A stretch of DNA of 56,059 bases from Syncephalis fuscata S228 (Eukaryota; Fungi; Zoopagomycota): positions 1 to 56,059 of the forward strand of contig JAHLTZ010000071.1 of the NCBI GenBank assembly GCA_025786725.1, read 5' to 3'. Each line of letters starts with the position of its first letter. Position 1 is the first letter of the stretch. Shown here one piece after another: positions 13,385 to 26,580 of the stretch. A model generated the notes under the pieces. The model had not been told where the DNA came from. It searched no databases and saw nothing but the letters and a program-made list of their open reading frames with translations. A program made the translations under genes and the position numbers.

Positions 13385-13854
13385 TGAAACAAGAAAAAAA
13401 TGGCATTATTTTCAGTTTTCAATTAATATCAAACTCAATACCTTGTAACAATAGTATGTGACAGCGCTGAGTTTTATTAATGATCAAAGAGCTACTTCCC
13501 TTTGAGTCCCTAGCTTCAAACTGGACAAAAAGATCCGTAACTCGAATAGTAAACCGTCAATCAGTTTTTACTACTGAGAAGTGGTTTGTTGTAGTGCCAC
13601 ATTAACTCCAATTAAATTAATCAGTGTCAATTAATCAGCACAATTTTCAATATCCAACATCAGTGTTAATAAATGTTAAATAGTATTTCATGTTACTTAC
13701 AATAAAATACTACATTTGCCTCATCAATGGTCGGCAAAGCATTTGCACTTACTAAGTTGATACGAAGAATGCCTAAGGCAATGATGAACATTAGAAATGG
13801 TAGTCGCCCTACCTTTTTGTCACCATAAATGAGTATCTTACATTGCAAATATAC

Positions 13855-15146
13855 CCAAAATGCAACAGTAGAAGATTGGAAATAGAAGAGACCATTTAGG
13901 CGCAATAATCCATGCTGTACATAAATACAACAACAACAAATGTGAAACGACATGGAACCGCAAGCATATGGTTTTTATTAATATTCAACCAATCTTTCTA
14001 CGGATGGCTAACAACAACAACAATCGGCCTCAAATGTTTTAAATAAATCAAATAGTATATTACATTGTTTATTTAAATGCTTAAAATTATTACTAATACA
14101 ATATTCTGTTACATTTAACTATATTTTATGGAAATGATAATGTTATTATATTACATTAATATTTATTGTGGATGATCATTTAAACACAATTTAATTTACT
14201 CAACTCATTACAATCGATTGCGTAAAAAAATTTACTTCATATGGCCAACTAATTACAGGTAGTGGTTGACTTTCAGGCTAGATCATTCGCTATTTTAGCA
14301 ACCTAATTCACTTATCTAAAGAAATCACATAGTTAATGACAAAATAAATTGTCACTATTATCGTTATTAATAAACAGCACTATAATATTGATAATAAAAC
14401 TTTATATATTATAATTTTTATAAGCAGTATAGTAACTATATTTTTTACACTTTATCAATGATAAATTGACAAGTTTTTATACCACTTGTCAATCTTTGCC
14501 CTTGTTAGTGTCATATGAAAGTTACGATATTTAATCTAAATATAACATATTTTAATTCAATTTGTCTAACTTTACTATTTATTATAGGTGCACACACCAG
14601 ATATTGTTAAATATCCGATGCAAGCTATGTCAAGGCAAACAGTTGAATTAGAACATGGTGTTTGCCTCTTGATTGCTTTAATGCTTGCCATAGGTTATTG
14701 TTGATAAACCATAGACGAGCAGGTCATAACAGTTTTATTGGCACAGTACTTATTAAAAATGGATGACAGAACATACGTTTGTTTATATTCAAACAATATT
14801 ACTGGTTAAATTGTATCTTGAGCCTTTTAAAGCAAAATTCATTCCAATCAGAGTCATGCCATTATTAGGTACAACATAGTTATATTACTTCCTATTAAGA
14901 TGTTGTTAATAAAATGGCTTAAATAAATGATGTAACACACTATTTGATTTCTTTAAAACATTTGAGGCCAATGATTGTTATTGTTAGTCATGTGTAGAAA
15001 AATTAATCGAATATTAATAAAAGCCATATAATCGATTCCATATCGTTTTGCATTTGTTGTTGTTGCATCTACGTACAGCATGGGTTATTGCATTTGAATG
15101 ATCTATTCTATTTTCTAATATTGTAATATTGTAATATTGTATTTTG
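13855..15146. mobile_element. Non-autonomous long-TIR element (MULE/foldback-like), degenerate ~220-bp TIRs
   Basis: ~13855-14080 is an imperfect reverse complement of ~14915-15146, e.g. ggcctcaaatgttttaaa / tttaaaacatttgaggcc and catgctgtac / gtacagcatg. Confidence 0.7.
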
Positions 15147-15633
15147 AACAATTAATATCATAATGACAATATATATATATTAAAGAAATAATAAAAATAA
15201 TCAATTAATTATACATAGATTAATCAATGTTATATGTAATATTGTACATGGAATAGTGATGAATAAGTGTTTAGTTGTGCCTAAAAGTATTAAGAAAGTG
15301 AAGTGAAATAGGCAAATAAAATATATGAAAGCACAATAGCTTTATATTATTAAATGTATTTCAATCCGCACTAATTAAATTCGCTTTGGTTCAATTTCAA
15401 AATTCGACCAATAATTAGAAAGCACGTTTGATGTTTATTACCGTCACCGTCATTGATATGACCGCCGAAGATACGCCATCAACTGCTTCAAGTACATCTT
15501 ACTTCAATTACTTTCCAATCTTCTTCGCTTTCCGGCATTGTGGAAGGACATTGGTCTTGCCACCTGTTTTTATTGTAAAGGCGCACTCTGATTACGCGTC
15601 TGTTGATTATCATCAATAAGATTATTGCCGCGT

Positions 15634-18600
15634 ATGCCGCTAAAATCTATTCAACGGACGGCCACTGTAGCGTGGTCTCCGGCCAATCCCAACGATCCAC
15701 TGCTAGCTACCGGTACTGTGGCTGGTGCGCTAGATGATTCCTTTTCCAACACTACCGAGCTGGAGATTTTCCGTCTTGGTCTGGATAACAAAGACACCAC
15801 CGAATTGTCAAAGCCAATTGGTGTTGTGTCTAGCAATGCGCGGTTAGTACAGATATAGCCTTGCTAAATGGTTAAAACAGCTACTTACATTGGTATTGTT
15901 GTAATAGATTCAACCGATTGAGCTGGGGCGGTGCTACTGCTGACCGTCCTCTAGGTGTTATTGCCGGTGGCTTAGAAAATGGCGAACTTATGCTCTGGAA
16001 TCCAGATGCGATTATCAATGGCAATACGTATGTAGTAAACTAAAATATTATGCAGTATTTATCGTTAATAACGCATAAATACACTTTAGTGAAGGTGCAG
16101 AGCTATTTCGATCAAATAATCACAGTGGTGCTGTGTGTGGATTAGATTTTAATCCATTTCAAAATAATTTACTTGCATCGGCTGGTGGAAATGGAGAGGT
16201 AAGTAGTAACGAGATGTTAAATTAAATGTGAAGGGTGCTTATTGAGTAAATGTAATAGATATTTGTATGGGATTTAGCCAATCTAAGTAAACCATATTCA
16301 CCCGGCCCACGTTCATCAAAGCTGGAAGATATTACGTGTCTGGCATGGAATCGACAGGTGCAGCATATTATGGCTACTTCATCAGGTACCGGCTATACTG
16401 TTGTGTGGGATTTAAAGAATCGCCGTGAAGTATTACACCTCAACTATGGCGGTGCTACTTCTGGCGGAGGAGCAACAGGTCTAGGTCGACGTGGTGTTAC
16501 TGCTGTTGCTTGGAATCCAGATGGTGTAAGTAGTGTTTAAATAGTTATTTAGTATCAATTATTTACAAATATACGCATGTCTATATTATTCATATACGTA
16601 TTTATAATAGGCTACTCAATTAGTTACAGCCTCGGAAGATGATGGCAATCCTGTCATTCTTACTTGGGATTTACGTAATGCTCGTGCACCAGAAAAGGTA
16701 AATAATGATAGAAATAGTGATATTAGTTGTTTATTTAATTACTTATTAGATTCTACGAGGCCATTCAATGGGTATATTGGGACTATCGTGGTGTCGCATG
16801 GACTCTAATCTATTGCTAAGTGCTGGTAAGGATAATCGAGTACTTTGCTGGAATCCACGCGATGGTGAAATTGTCGGGGAGGTAAGTGTTACAATATTAT
16901 TTTGTTATTATGGCTAATTGCTTTCTATTAAAGCTACCACCAAGTAACAACTGGGCATTTGATGTTCAATGGTGCCCACGCAATCCAAATCTGCTTAGTG
17001 TGGCATCATTTGATGGCAAGGTAATGATTAGTGGATTATTGTTACAGCCAGTATTCTAATTAATTAATTTTGGTCCAATTAGGTCGATGTTTACTCTGTT
17101 CAATCGGACCAAGCTGTTTCAGCTAGCCAAGCATCGGCTGTGGCGGCTATTGGCACCAATGTGGATGATCCGTTCAATCTGAGTGCTTCTGTGTCATCAG
17201 GTGCTACAGCTTTGACGCTAAAGACACCGCCAAAATGGCTACGTCGTCCTGTTGGTGCCACGTTTGGTTTGGCGGTAAATTGGTTACCTTTGGCTATACA
17301 CCAGCAACCGCGCCAACAGCTGCACCCGGTGCACCTAATGCTGCTGTAGCCACTACTCCTCGTGCTACTGTAACTCTTCGTAAAGCAGTTACTGAACCAA
17401 CCTTGGTATCACGTTCGCATGAGCTGGAGCAGGCAATTGAATCTAAAAGCCTCCACGCATACTGCGAAGCTCGTCAAAAGGAAGCAGCCGGTAACGCAGA
17501 AGAAGAGGCAGCGTGGAAGATTATTGCCGTTTTATTTGATGGCGATGCACGCGATCGTTTAGTAAAAATACTAGGTAGAGACCGGGACCACGTTTTGCCT
17601 GAATTAAAGAGCAAATTGGAACAAACATTACCGCCAACGACTGTTGCCACTGAACAAGTAGCCGTCGACGACAATACACCATCAGAAACGCCAGCTGCAT
17701 CAACAGAAACAGCACCAGTCAGTGGAGCTGGAGGCGATGCACTTAGTGGCTATTTTCCCGAAAGTGCTACAGCTGAATCTGACTTTTTCAGCGGTACGAG
17801 CGAAACAGCAGCTACAGAAGAGACGGGTACTACCGATATTACGGCAGCAATTACTTCAACTGCTACTTCAACTACCAACAATGCTGCCGCAGCAACTTTC
17901 CACATTTTGCCAGCCGATGCTAGTTTGGTCGACACATTAGTCACACGCGCTGTACAGTTAGGCGATTTTGACACTGCTGTACGTGCCTGTTTGGATGCCG
18001 ATCGATTGGCCGATGCTCTTTTATTGGCCGTTTGTGGTGGCAACGAATTACTAGCACGTACAAGACAAGCTTATTTCGAACGTCGTGCAAATGCCACACC
18101 ATATCTTCGTTTGCTGCGCAGTGTTATAGGCGGTAATCTTGCCGATGTTGCCAGTCAGGGTGATTTAGCTCAATGGGACGAAATTCTTGTCGTATTATGC
18201 ACTTATGCACGCGGCGAAGAGTTCTCTGGACTATGTGCACAATTGGGCGATCGTTTAGTCGCACAATGGCATGCTCAAAATAACTGTCAAGCGCGTCAAA
18301 ATGCCGTTCTTTGCTATTTGGCAGCTGGCGATCTAGCCAAGGTAGCACAATTATGGATTGCTACCGAATCTGAGGTTGAAGAGCGCGGTTTGGCTGTTGG
18401 TAATTTATCAGCCAGTTCAGTCCATGCGCTGGCTTTACAATCGTTGATGGAGAAGGTTGCAGTTTTACGTCAAGCAATTGATCATGTTGACGATGCAGTC
18501 GAGGCACCATTGGACTCACGTACCGATACAGCAATTACTAATTCAAATGATGCTAAATTTAAGCTTTCTGCACTATACGACAGATATTGTGAATACGCTG

Positions 18601-20255
18601 AATTGTTGGCATCACAGGGCGAGTTGAACACAGCTGCTTACTACGCCAGTCGTACGCCAGCAGACTATCAAGTAAAACAAGAAGGTGGTGTCGATGCTTT
18701 GGCCATTATTAAGGATCGTCTACGTCAGTGCGGACAGGAAGTCAATAGTATTACGCGTCCATTTGAAGTTACACCTATAGGTAAGGCAGAAGCGCCAGCA
18801 CCGGCACCAGTTGCGACGACAGCAACAACGAATGCCACTACGTACGGCAATGCAGGCTACGGCACAACAGGCTATGGCACAACAGGCTATAATGCTACCA
18901 GTTACTCGACTACTACTACTGCACAGACAGGTTATGGCGGCTACGGTACAAGTGCTGCTACTACTGCAACGACTGGCTATGGCAATACAACAGGCTACGG
19001 TTATAATACCAACACAGGATATGACCAATCTTATGGCGGTGCTCAGACTACTAACTATGGCTATGGTAGTACACAGGCACACCAGGCACAGCAGCCAACT
19101 ATGCCATCTATTCCTGCACCAATGACGGCAACTATGACGGCTGCCGGTGCCGGTACAGCTGCTGGCGCTTATGGCGGATACACGCCAGCTAATAATTATG
19201 GCGGCGTACCACCAGCACCACCAGCCACCGATAGCACTGCTGTCCATTCACCACCTGCATCGCAGCGAAATGACATTCCTGGCTGGAATGATCCACCTCC
19301 AATGGCTGCGTCTACTAAACGAAATAACGCTGTTTATGGCATGACTCCATTGACTACACCTTTCCCGGGCGCTTCTGTAACTCAGCCCAATATGCCATCT
19401 AGTAGTGGAGCAGCAGTACCGCCACCACCACAAAACGCTACTGCACCTGGATCATTATACTCTCGCGCACCAAATCAATTGGCACAAGCACCACCGCAAA
19501 ATCCATATGGCAGTGCCAATGTATCAGCACCACCAACTCAACAACAACAACAACAACAACAGCCTATGGGCGGTCCTTATGGAGGAGCAATGGGCTACGG
19601 CGGAGTACAACAGCCATCGCACATGCAACAAGCATCTGTGGCTCCATCGCCACCACCACAGCCACCGGTGCCTGCAGCAGCACCTACACCGCCGGTTAAG
19701 CAGCGACATCGTAAGTATAATATTAGGTTGAATACATTTAGACATTAATACGTTTTATAATAGCTATGGGAGATCGCTCACATATTCCAGCCAATTATCT
19801 ACCAATTGCCGATATACTGACAGCACAGTATGTTAAATTGGAACAAATGTCACCGGTAAGCAACACCATTTAGTACTACATAATAGTATAACTTATACAA
19901 TTTTATAGCCCAACCAAAAGCGTTATGTAGATGATATGAAAAAACGTTTGGATATGTTGATTGACGCGCTGAATAACGAAGAAGTAGCGAGCCCTATTGC
20001 CGACCAACTATTGCAAGTGGTACAAGGTAAGTTGAGCAAACATAATGATGATAATAACAAGTATAATAACTACTAATTTATTATTATATTATTATAGCAA
20101 TGGAGGCACAAAACTTTGCTGGCGCACGAGAAATCATGCAAGATTTGTTTACAAAATCTGGTGGCGGTGTCTGGATGGTCGGTGTCCGTCGTTTGGTCGA
20201 TACTATGGCAGTATTCATGGCCAGTAGAGTATCTGTAATGATCAAACAATATTGA
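15634..20255 (+). CDS. SEC31: COPII outer coat protein Sec31, multi-exon; apparent -1 indel near 17270; 3' end approximate
   Basis: N-terminal [28 protein letters not shown]40 propeller, [14 protein letters not shown](F)GGKLV, ACE1 helical region, Pro-rich region, C-terminal helical domain ([12 protein letters not shown]). Confidence 0.93.
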
Positions 20256-21421
20256 ATAAACGAGATGAATAGTTTATAAGTTAACGTTTTGTTTTTGTAA
20301 ATTTTAAAATGATTAGCAACAATATTAGTATTATTTATTATTATATATTAGCAAAACAATCATTAAAGTGTATTTAACTGTAATGAATATTACAGCAATA
20401 GTTTATTGATAAAAATATGTGTATATACAATATCATAATACAATTAAAAAACTGAATGGCATGTAACATATCGGTTTAATAAACGGAATGAATGAAATAA
20501 GTAGAGTTTATAAATAATTTTGCTAGTGTCAAATAAACAACAATTTAGAATAAAGTGAAACCAAAAGAACATAAAATGATATACAATATAATACATATAC
20601 AATGACAAGAATATAAGCAACGATGTTAAAATCATAGTATATATAACTTGATATGTAAAATAATTAAAGTATAGTAAAATATATAATGAATAAAATGTAG
20701 TTAATATACTAGAGAATGGTATAATGGGAATGATATAGATGGGTAGAGGTATACCCACCGACTACATTAATATATACAAACATACCATAGCTCTTATAAC
20801 ATAAAATAACGAATATTGATGTTGCCAAACGATGAAGCCATTACAGGCCGACTTAACAATAAAGTGACTACAATAAGCTACCTAACGTGTATCTACATCA
20901 ATAACAATACCATACGCTAATTACAGTATACTTATTAAAAAGGTACTTTTGAAGCCAAGTTTCAGTATGAATTTGTTGTATAAACCATTAAGATTACTTA
21001 TGACTGTTAAATATACTGGAATGGCAATCAACCAAATGAATAAGCAAAACAATAGTACAAATAGTTTATATAAATATCACTTATATTATTACAGCTGGAT
21101 GTATTGTTTAAATGGTCTGTTGTTGTTTCAGTCGATACGCGTTATTAATGCGCGATAATCATGGTGGTGGTGGTGGTGTTTTTATGAAAAGTAAACACAA
21201 CATCACGTGTTGTGCGCTATTTGCTGTTGTGATCACGCCATCCAGTTCATCGGACTATTTACCGGTTTAGCAAGGTGTACACGGACCATTTGATATTCAT
21301 GTCCGATGCAGGCCTGTTTTGGCTAGTGAAATCGTATTGAGCTGCACAAGACGATAGCGATACTACAAATTGTATATACAAGCGCTTTATTACAAATAAA
21401 TAACAATGCAAACTACTACTA

Positions 21422-21445
21422 GTGTGTGTGTGTGTGTGTGTGTGT
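21422..21445. repeat. (GT)n microsatellite, mirrored as (AC)n at ~28906-28929
   Basis: Direct reading. Confidence 0.9.
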
Positions 21446-21873
21446 AAATAATTGAGTGAATTCGTAAGTGGCTATTTACTGTGTAAAAAGTCGCGCAAGA
21501 ATAATTTGTAGAGCTTTATAACGCTTTCTACTTTGTTTGTTTTTATTACTCTGCCTTCTCCATCCACTACATCATTGTAGTTTTTTGTCTTAACAAATCG
21601 TTATAAAGGTAAGCAAGTGCTGCGTTTGCGTTTGTCTGTGGATAGTGTTATGACTGCTGCGCCAGGTTGTCTTGTCGCGTAACACTTTGCGTTGCGTCTG
21701 TGTTTGCTTTGTTTAACCGCGCAGTGCGTCCTTGGTGTTTGCTTAAAACTATCAATCCGTTTAAACTGAATGGCTTGTTTGGTTATGCTGTGTTTGAATC
21801 TGCAGTATACATGCTATTTACACGATGTTAATTGTATGTTTTTGCGTGTTGCTATAGTGTAAAATAGTCAACG

Positions 21874-22437
21874 ATGACTACAACAATCGTTTTTACCCGT
21901 AGTATTATTTATGCTACAATGCCGCCACCTGTTGTTCAGAAACGCCTGTTTTCTGAGACAGACATGGAGGTGGGCGGCAATCCAGCCTTGAAGAAGGCCA
22001 AGTTGCTAGAGCTTGTGTCGGTTGCGACACAAGCTCTATTGCCGCCACAAATCCGCTGCGTAGGTACGCAAGCGAAGGCTGCTACGCGCAGCGTTGGTGT
22101 TCAAACTGAAAAGGTCTTGAGCAGCAACAAAACCACAGGCACTGCGACTGCCATGTTTGGGTTTACATTCAGTAGTAATTACTACTCTCCCTCCTCCTCC
22201 TCCAACCAAGCAACACCTATGGAGGGAGTGGAGTTTACCGGTGCCCTCGAATTGGCATCGGTACAACAAGCTGAGGCTACTGTCGCCCACGACAGTATGT
22301 CTTCTAACGCGGGAAGTGTCGATAACACTTATCGCGCAATTCCGCGGGATGAGGAGCCTCGCCGAATTGCGGTTCCAAGACCGCGCCGTCGCACGGCCGT
22401 GCACGACGCCAACAATCAGGAGCGCTCGCGCCATTAG
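21874..22437 (+). CDS. Orphan 187-aa, probably disordered protein (NLS-like, LC8-like QT motifs, importin-alpha-binding-like motif), copy 1
   Basis: GC-rich ORF in AT-rich background. Candidate 5'UTR intron (gtaagc 21609 to ag 21857/21867). TACTAAC+AG downstream. AATAAA near 22679. Confidence 0.7.
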   Translation: MTTTIVFTRSIIYATMPPPVVQKRLFSETDMEVGGNPALKKAKLLELVSVATQALLPPQIRCVGTQAKAATRSVGVQTEKVLSSNKTTGTATAMFGFTFSSNYYSPSSSSNQATPMEGVEFTGALELASVQQAEATVAHDSMSSNAGSVDNTYRAIPRDEEPRRIAVPRPRRRTAVHDANNQERSRH

Positions 22438-22840
22438 ACGCAAGTGATTCTATCTTGTATATCATGGCAAGTTAATGTAAAACCAACTGCAACAGTACTA
22501 ACTTTATTTTAGGCACTTTTACACCAGGCGGGACCGCTAAAGCAGGTAACGCTATACACCGGGCTCTGCCGTCCCAATATGGAACTGGGCAGGGACTGGA
22601 AACAGCAGTTACTTGCTTTTAATGGGCTAGCCATACTTGCCGTATTATTAGTTTTTGTATTTGTCTATGTTTTGTTACAATAAATTTATTTTATAATTAT
22701 TAGCAATTAGCACAATTTAGTACAAATACTGATCTTTAAACAGCATGATATTTTATTAATAAAATAAATAATAGCTTTTCTTTCTTACTTTAATATTCCT
22801 ATTATACTAATAAGCGTGCGCTGTGTATCATCTCACAATT

Positions 22841-23770
22841 ATTATGTATTTGATATTTTGTTAACCAATTATCACATTCATTGTGATTTAGGTGTAAATG
22901 ATTATATTTGATAACATTTGGATTCAAATTTATTAGCTTGAGACAACGGTCCGTAGGACCTAACCGCGCATTTGCAGCATTTGCCTGCCACCCCTGATTA
23001 TATTTGATAACATTCAATCTGTTGAACATAATGATGGGTGGTAAGTAGTATTAAAGTTTAAAATACTCATTATCGTAGATTTATTATCCAGTATGCATGT
23101 ACCATTTCATGCTATATTGAATACATTATATTGTTATAAGTTTCAATCAAATATAGTTTAATAAATGGCTGAGTTGAATAAGTTGACATCTATTAATAAT
23201 AAAGTTAGAACTAAAAAAACAACTGCAATAGCTAGCGCGTATTTATTAAACAATATAACAGTATACAATATAATGAATATACAATATTGAGTACTGATTA
23301 GTAGTGTTGGCGTTAATGAGTATATATACATGGGCAGTTGAGCGACATTAGTCAACATTTATTAATAATAAAGCTAAAGCAAAAATACAACCAGTTTCGA
23401 ATAAAGCAAGACTAAACAGGTATAGAATGATATAGAATAGTATGAATATTGGTGTTGAGGTTATAGTGTATATAACGCAATGAGTGGAGTGAGTAAAGTG
23501 TATTGGGACATATAAACAATAGAATGTGTTCAGTATAACATAGAACGATATACAGTAGTATGGAACAGTATGAGAATGATATAGGTAAATAGTGGATATA
23601 TGTATACTGGATAATGAATCTACAATGATGAGTATTTAATGATTGATGTCACTCACCACTCATCATCATGGTCAATAGATTAAATGTTTAATTTAAATGT
23701 GTAAATAATCAGTATAGTTATTTGGTCACGAAATCACACTAAATCAATATTATTATTTATTGCAATTGTA
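22841..23770 (-). mobile_element. ~930-bp long-TIR repeat element, copy in left inner arm
   Basis: Mirror of 26581-27510. Confidence 0.65.
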
Positions 23771-24060
23771 AGCTATCCACTATACAATTACATATGTAAT
23801 TTGTCATATACTATTATAATATAGATTCAACAAAGCAACGTATAAAACATTTGTATCATTTTATCGATCTTTATATACTTAATTACTAGACTTTAATTCA
23901 TAATGATATAAAATTTATACACTATTCGATTGGTAAAAGCATTATCCTTTATTTTATATTCTATAATTCATGTTGTCCCGATCTTAATTGCAGTATCTAT
24001 CTCAAACAAATACTATAAAAAATCATTAATATTGAGTAATTGTTATTGTTATTACTGCTG

Positions 24061-25500
24061 TTACTGGTGTTGTTCTGCCAAAAGACAGGCCAAGGCCGCG
24101 CCAATAACACTGCCATCTTTTGTTAGAGACAGTACAACTTTATGATCTGTTTTCAAATGGTGTTTTAAAGCCGTAGTCATTCGATCGGCGTAATGCGGAT
24201 ACCATTCAAATAAACTGCCATCAATACCAACGGCAATACGATTAGAGGTATTAGTAGTATTGTTGGTGATAAGGTCAGGCCGAAGACTAATAAGTGCGGC
24301 AAGTCCAGTTGCGCATAATCGAGCTGATCGCGTCGATATTAGCGTACAGATATGTTGTACAAGACGACGTTCTGCAAGTGTACTTTTACCAGCTGGCAAT
24401 CCTATGACCGCTTCAAGTACGTGCTGAGTTTGTGTTAGTTCATCTGTTGTATCTCCTTCTATCATGCTTAAATACTTGGTATCCAGTGATAATGGTCGAT
24501 TCAAACTGTCGGATGAATGACCGTCAAATAATAAACGACGATCAATAAAGTCAAGTAAAACAAGACGAAGTAATTCTCCAAGATACTGACCACCAACCAT
24601 CTTTTCAAATGGCTGTTTAAACGGATGTGGTGACATTCGATCAACACGTACATCAAATCGTGTTTGTGGCAGTATTTTACGCTCTGTATCAAATGCGCCC
24701 CATTCAGTATTAATGATCATTTCTTCATTACTATGGCTATCATTTAGTTTTCCAATACGAGATACGCGTTCGTAGTAAGCGGCATTATTCCCTGTACCGA
24801 TGATAATGCCAGCCTGGGCCGTTGGATCACGATACGCATGTGCGAGTAAACAGCCAGCTGTATCGTTAATAAGTGCCTTTACTTTGACCGGCAGATTATG
24901 GCGGTACAAGGCCGATTGAAGTAGTTGCGCAACATCTTTATCAACAACATCCGGTAAATTAAATCCTTTGGTCCACGTAATTAATGTACCTCGATCAATT
25001 GCCAGCTGATGTACAGGATAAGAAAATGTAAAGCCGAGTGAGTAAAATGCGCCTGGTTTAAGTGTAGGCAGCGATGTCTCCTCGTCGATAAATTGACGAA
25101 TACATTTTGCAAGGTAATCAAATAGAACTTTACCAGTTGAATTTGTTTTATAATTATCAGGCACGGTAAATTTGCGTGAGCAAAGGTCTAGCTTGCCACA
25201 ACCTTGTAAATGAATAGCACAAATACGCAAATGAGTGCCGCCTAAATCAAGTGCTAGGTAAGTGCCTACTTCATTACCGGTAATTCTTCCAACAACATAG
25301 ACCGGAATCATAGCTATTGTATTGCCATAAGCTGCTAAGCCATTAGCCATTGCGGCCGACTGTGCCGCCAATATAGTATCTAGCTGTTCATTACTAACGG
25401 TAAATGCCTCAGTAATTCTATCTAACTGAGCTTGTTGCTTGTCAGTTAGTAAGTTTTTGGAAGGCACCTTTAGCAAAGTATTGTTGGAATGAATAGTCAT
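24061..25500 (-). CDS. Hexokinase/glucokinase family protein, intronless (ORF open upstream to 25629)
   Basis: LALDLGGT, LGFTFSYPV, WTKGF, INDT, GTGNNAAYYE, INTEWG, FEKM..G.YLGE, GIDGSL, DGSVIGAA motifs. Confidence 0.95.
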   Translation of the reverse strand: MTIHSNNTLLKVPSKNLLTDKQQAQLDRITEAFTVSNEQLDTILAAQSAAMANGLAAYGNTIAMIPVYVVGRITGNEVGTYLALDLGGTHLRICAIHLQGCGKLDLCSRKFTVPDNYKTNSTGKVLFDYLAKCIRQFIDEETSLPTLKPGAFYSLGFTFSYPVHQLAIDRGTLITWTKGFNLPDVVDKDVAQLLQSALYRHNLPVKVKALINDTAGCLLAHAYRDPTAQAGIIIGTGNNAAYYERVSRIGKLNDSHSNEEMIINTEWGAFDTERKILPQTRFDVRVDRMSPHPFKQPFEKMVGGQYLGELLRLVLLDFIDRRLLFDGHSSDSLNRPLSLDTKYLSMIEGDTTDELTQTQHVLEAVIGLPAGKSTLAERRLVQHICTLISTRSARLCATGLAALISLRPDLITNNTTNTSNRIAVGIDGSLFEWYPHYADRMTTALKHHLKTDHKVVLSLTKDGSVIGAALACLLAEQHQ

Positions 25501-26580
25501 GGTAGACAGACAAGCAATGATAGTGTTGCGAAAAAATAACTGAAAAGGATAAAGCTGTAGCAGAACAAACCTTATTTGTGCAGTAAAACAAAAAATAAGC
25601 TTTTCCTTCCTTTCGTTTGCCGCAGACATTACATGTGATGGTATTCACTAACTCCGTCACAGGGCAATATATCGTCACAACGGTATACTCTTATTCATTC
25701 ATTCATTTGTTTATTTAAAACTAAGGATCGGCGCTTTAATTTCTTGGTTATAAGCAATGCTTTTTAGCACCATGTCAGCATAGGATTTCATGGTATCGAG
25801 CTTGACCATCACATTTTTATATAAGCTTGTATAGGAGTAGTATCGGTAATTTACATAGTTGAGCATTTTTGTTTATTCATGCTAATATCATTATGCTGTA
25901 AATGTGTGTTGTGCTATTTTGTTCAACTTTTAAAAGTATGTAAATTTTGAAATTTATTTATCAAATTAAAATGTATTAATTCTATTGTCGTGTGTTGCTA
26001 CTGGCCACAGACCTTTAAAACATACGTTACCTTTATATTCGTACTAAAAAAATAACATATTCCAATATAACTACAAACACAATTGCTTATTTTTAATAAA
26101 ATATTAATTTATTCTATTCTTATTCTATTCTTATATAGTTTGCTTTTTATGACAATATTGTTACCATTGCCTAAATTACATGATTCAGCAAACTTCAATT
26201 TAGACTTTGTTGTACTTCAATTAAGGTTTTCCCCATCAGGGTCCATTGCATTTACTCTCCATTTTAACTGCTGACAGTATTATAAATACTTAATACTGCC
26301 GGCCAAACATATAATAAATAACTTTTTCTACTTCCAATTTCTTTTAGCTTACTTTCAGGTTTATACAGTTGAGACTTCTGTTTTAAATTACTGAATAAAG
26401 TTATTGTTTATAATAAAAGTTATTAAAATACTACTTTGATAATATTTATTAACTTAAGTAATTAACATTTGACTAAACCACCTTCCACTCCTACTTTATT
26501 TGGTTGCTTAGCAAACCTTACATAACCATAAATCTGGTTTTGTAACAATATAATATGCCGTGTATCATTTAACATTATTA

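Larger units (their letters stand above)
20751..23770. repeat. Left arm of 3,020-bp inverted repeat
   Basis: Reverse complement of 26581-29600. Constant coordinate sum 50351 at both ends and for all mirrored ORFs. Confidence 0.97.

Noticed and set aside
22539-22619. SECIS element (some Zoopagomycota use selenocysteine)
   Set aside because: No RUGA/GA quartet, and the upstream ORF ends in TAG with no in-frame TGA.
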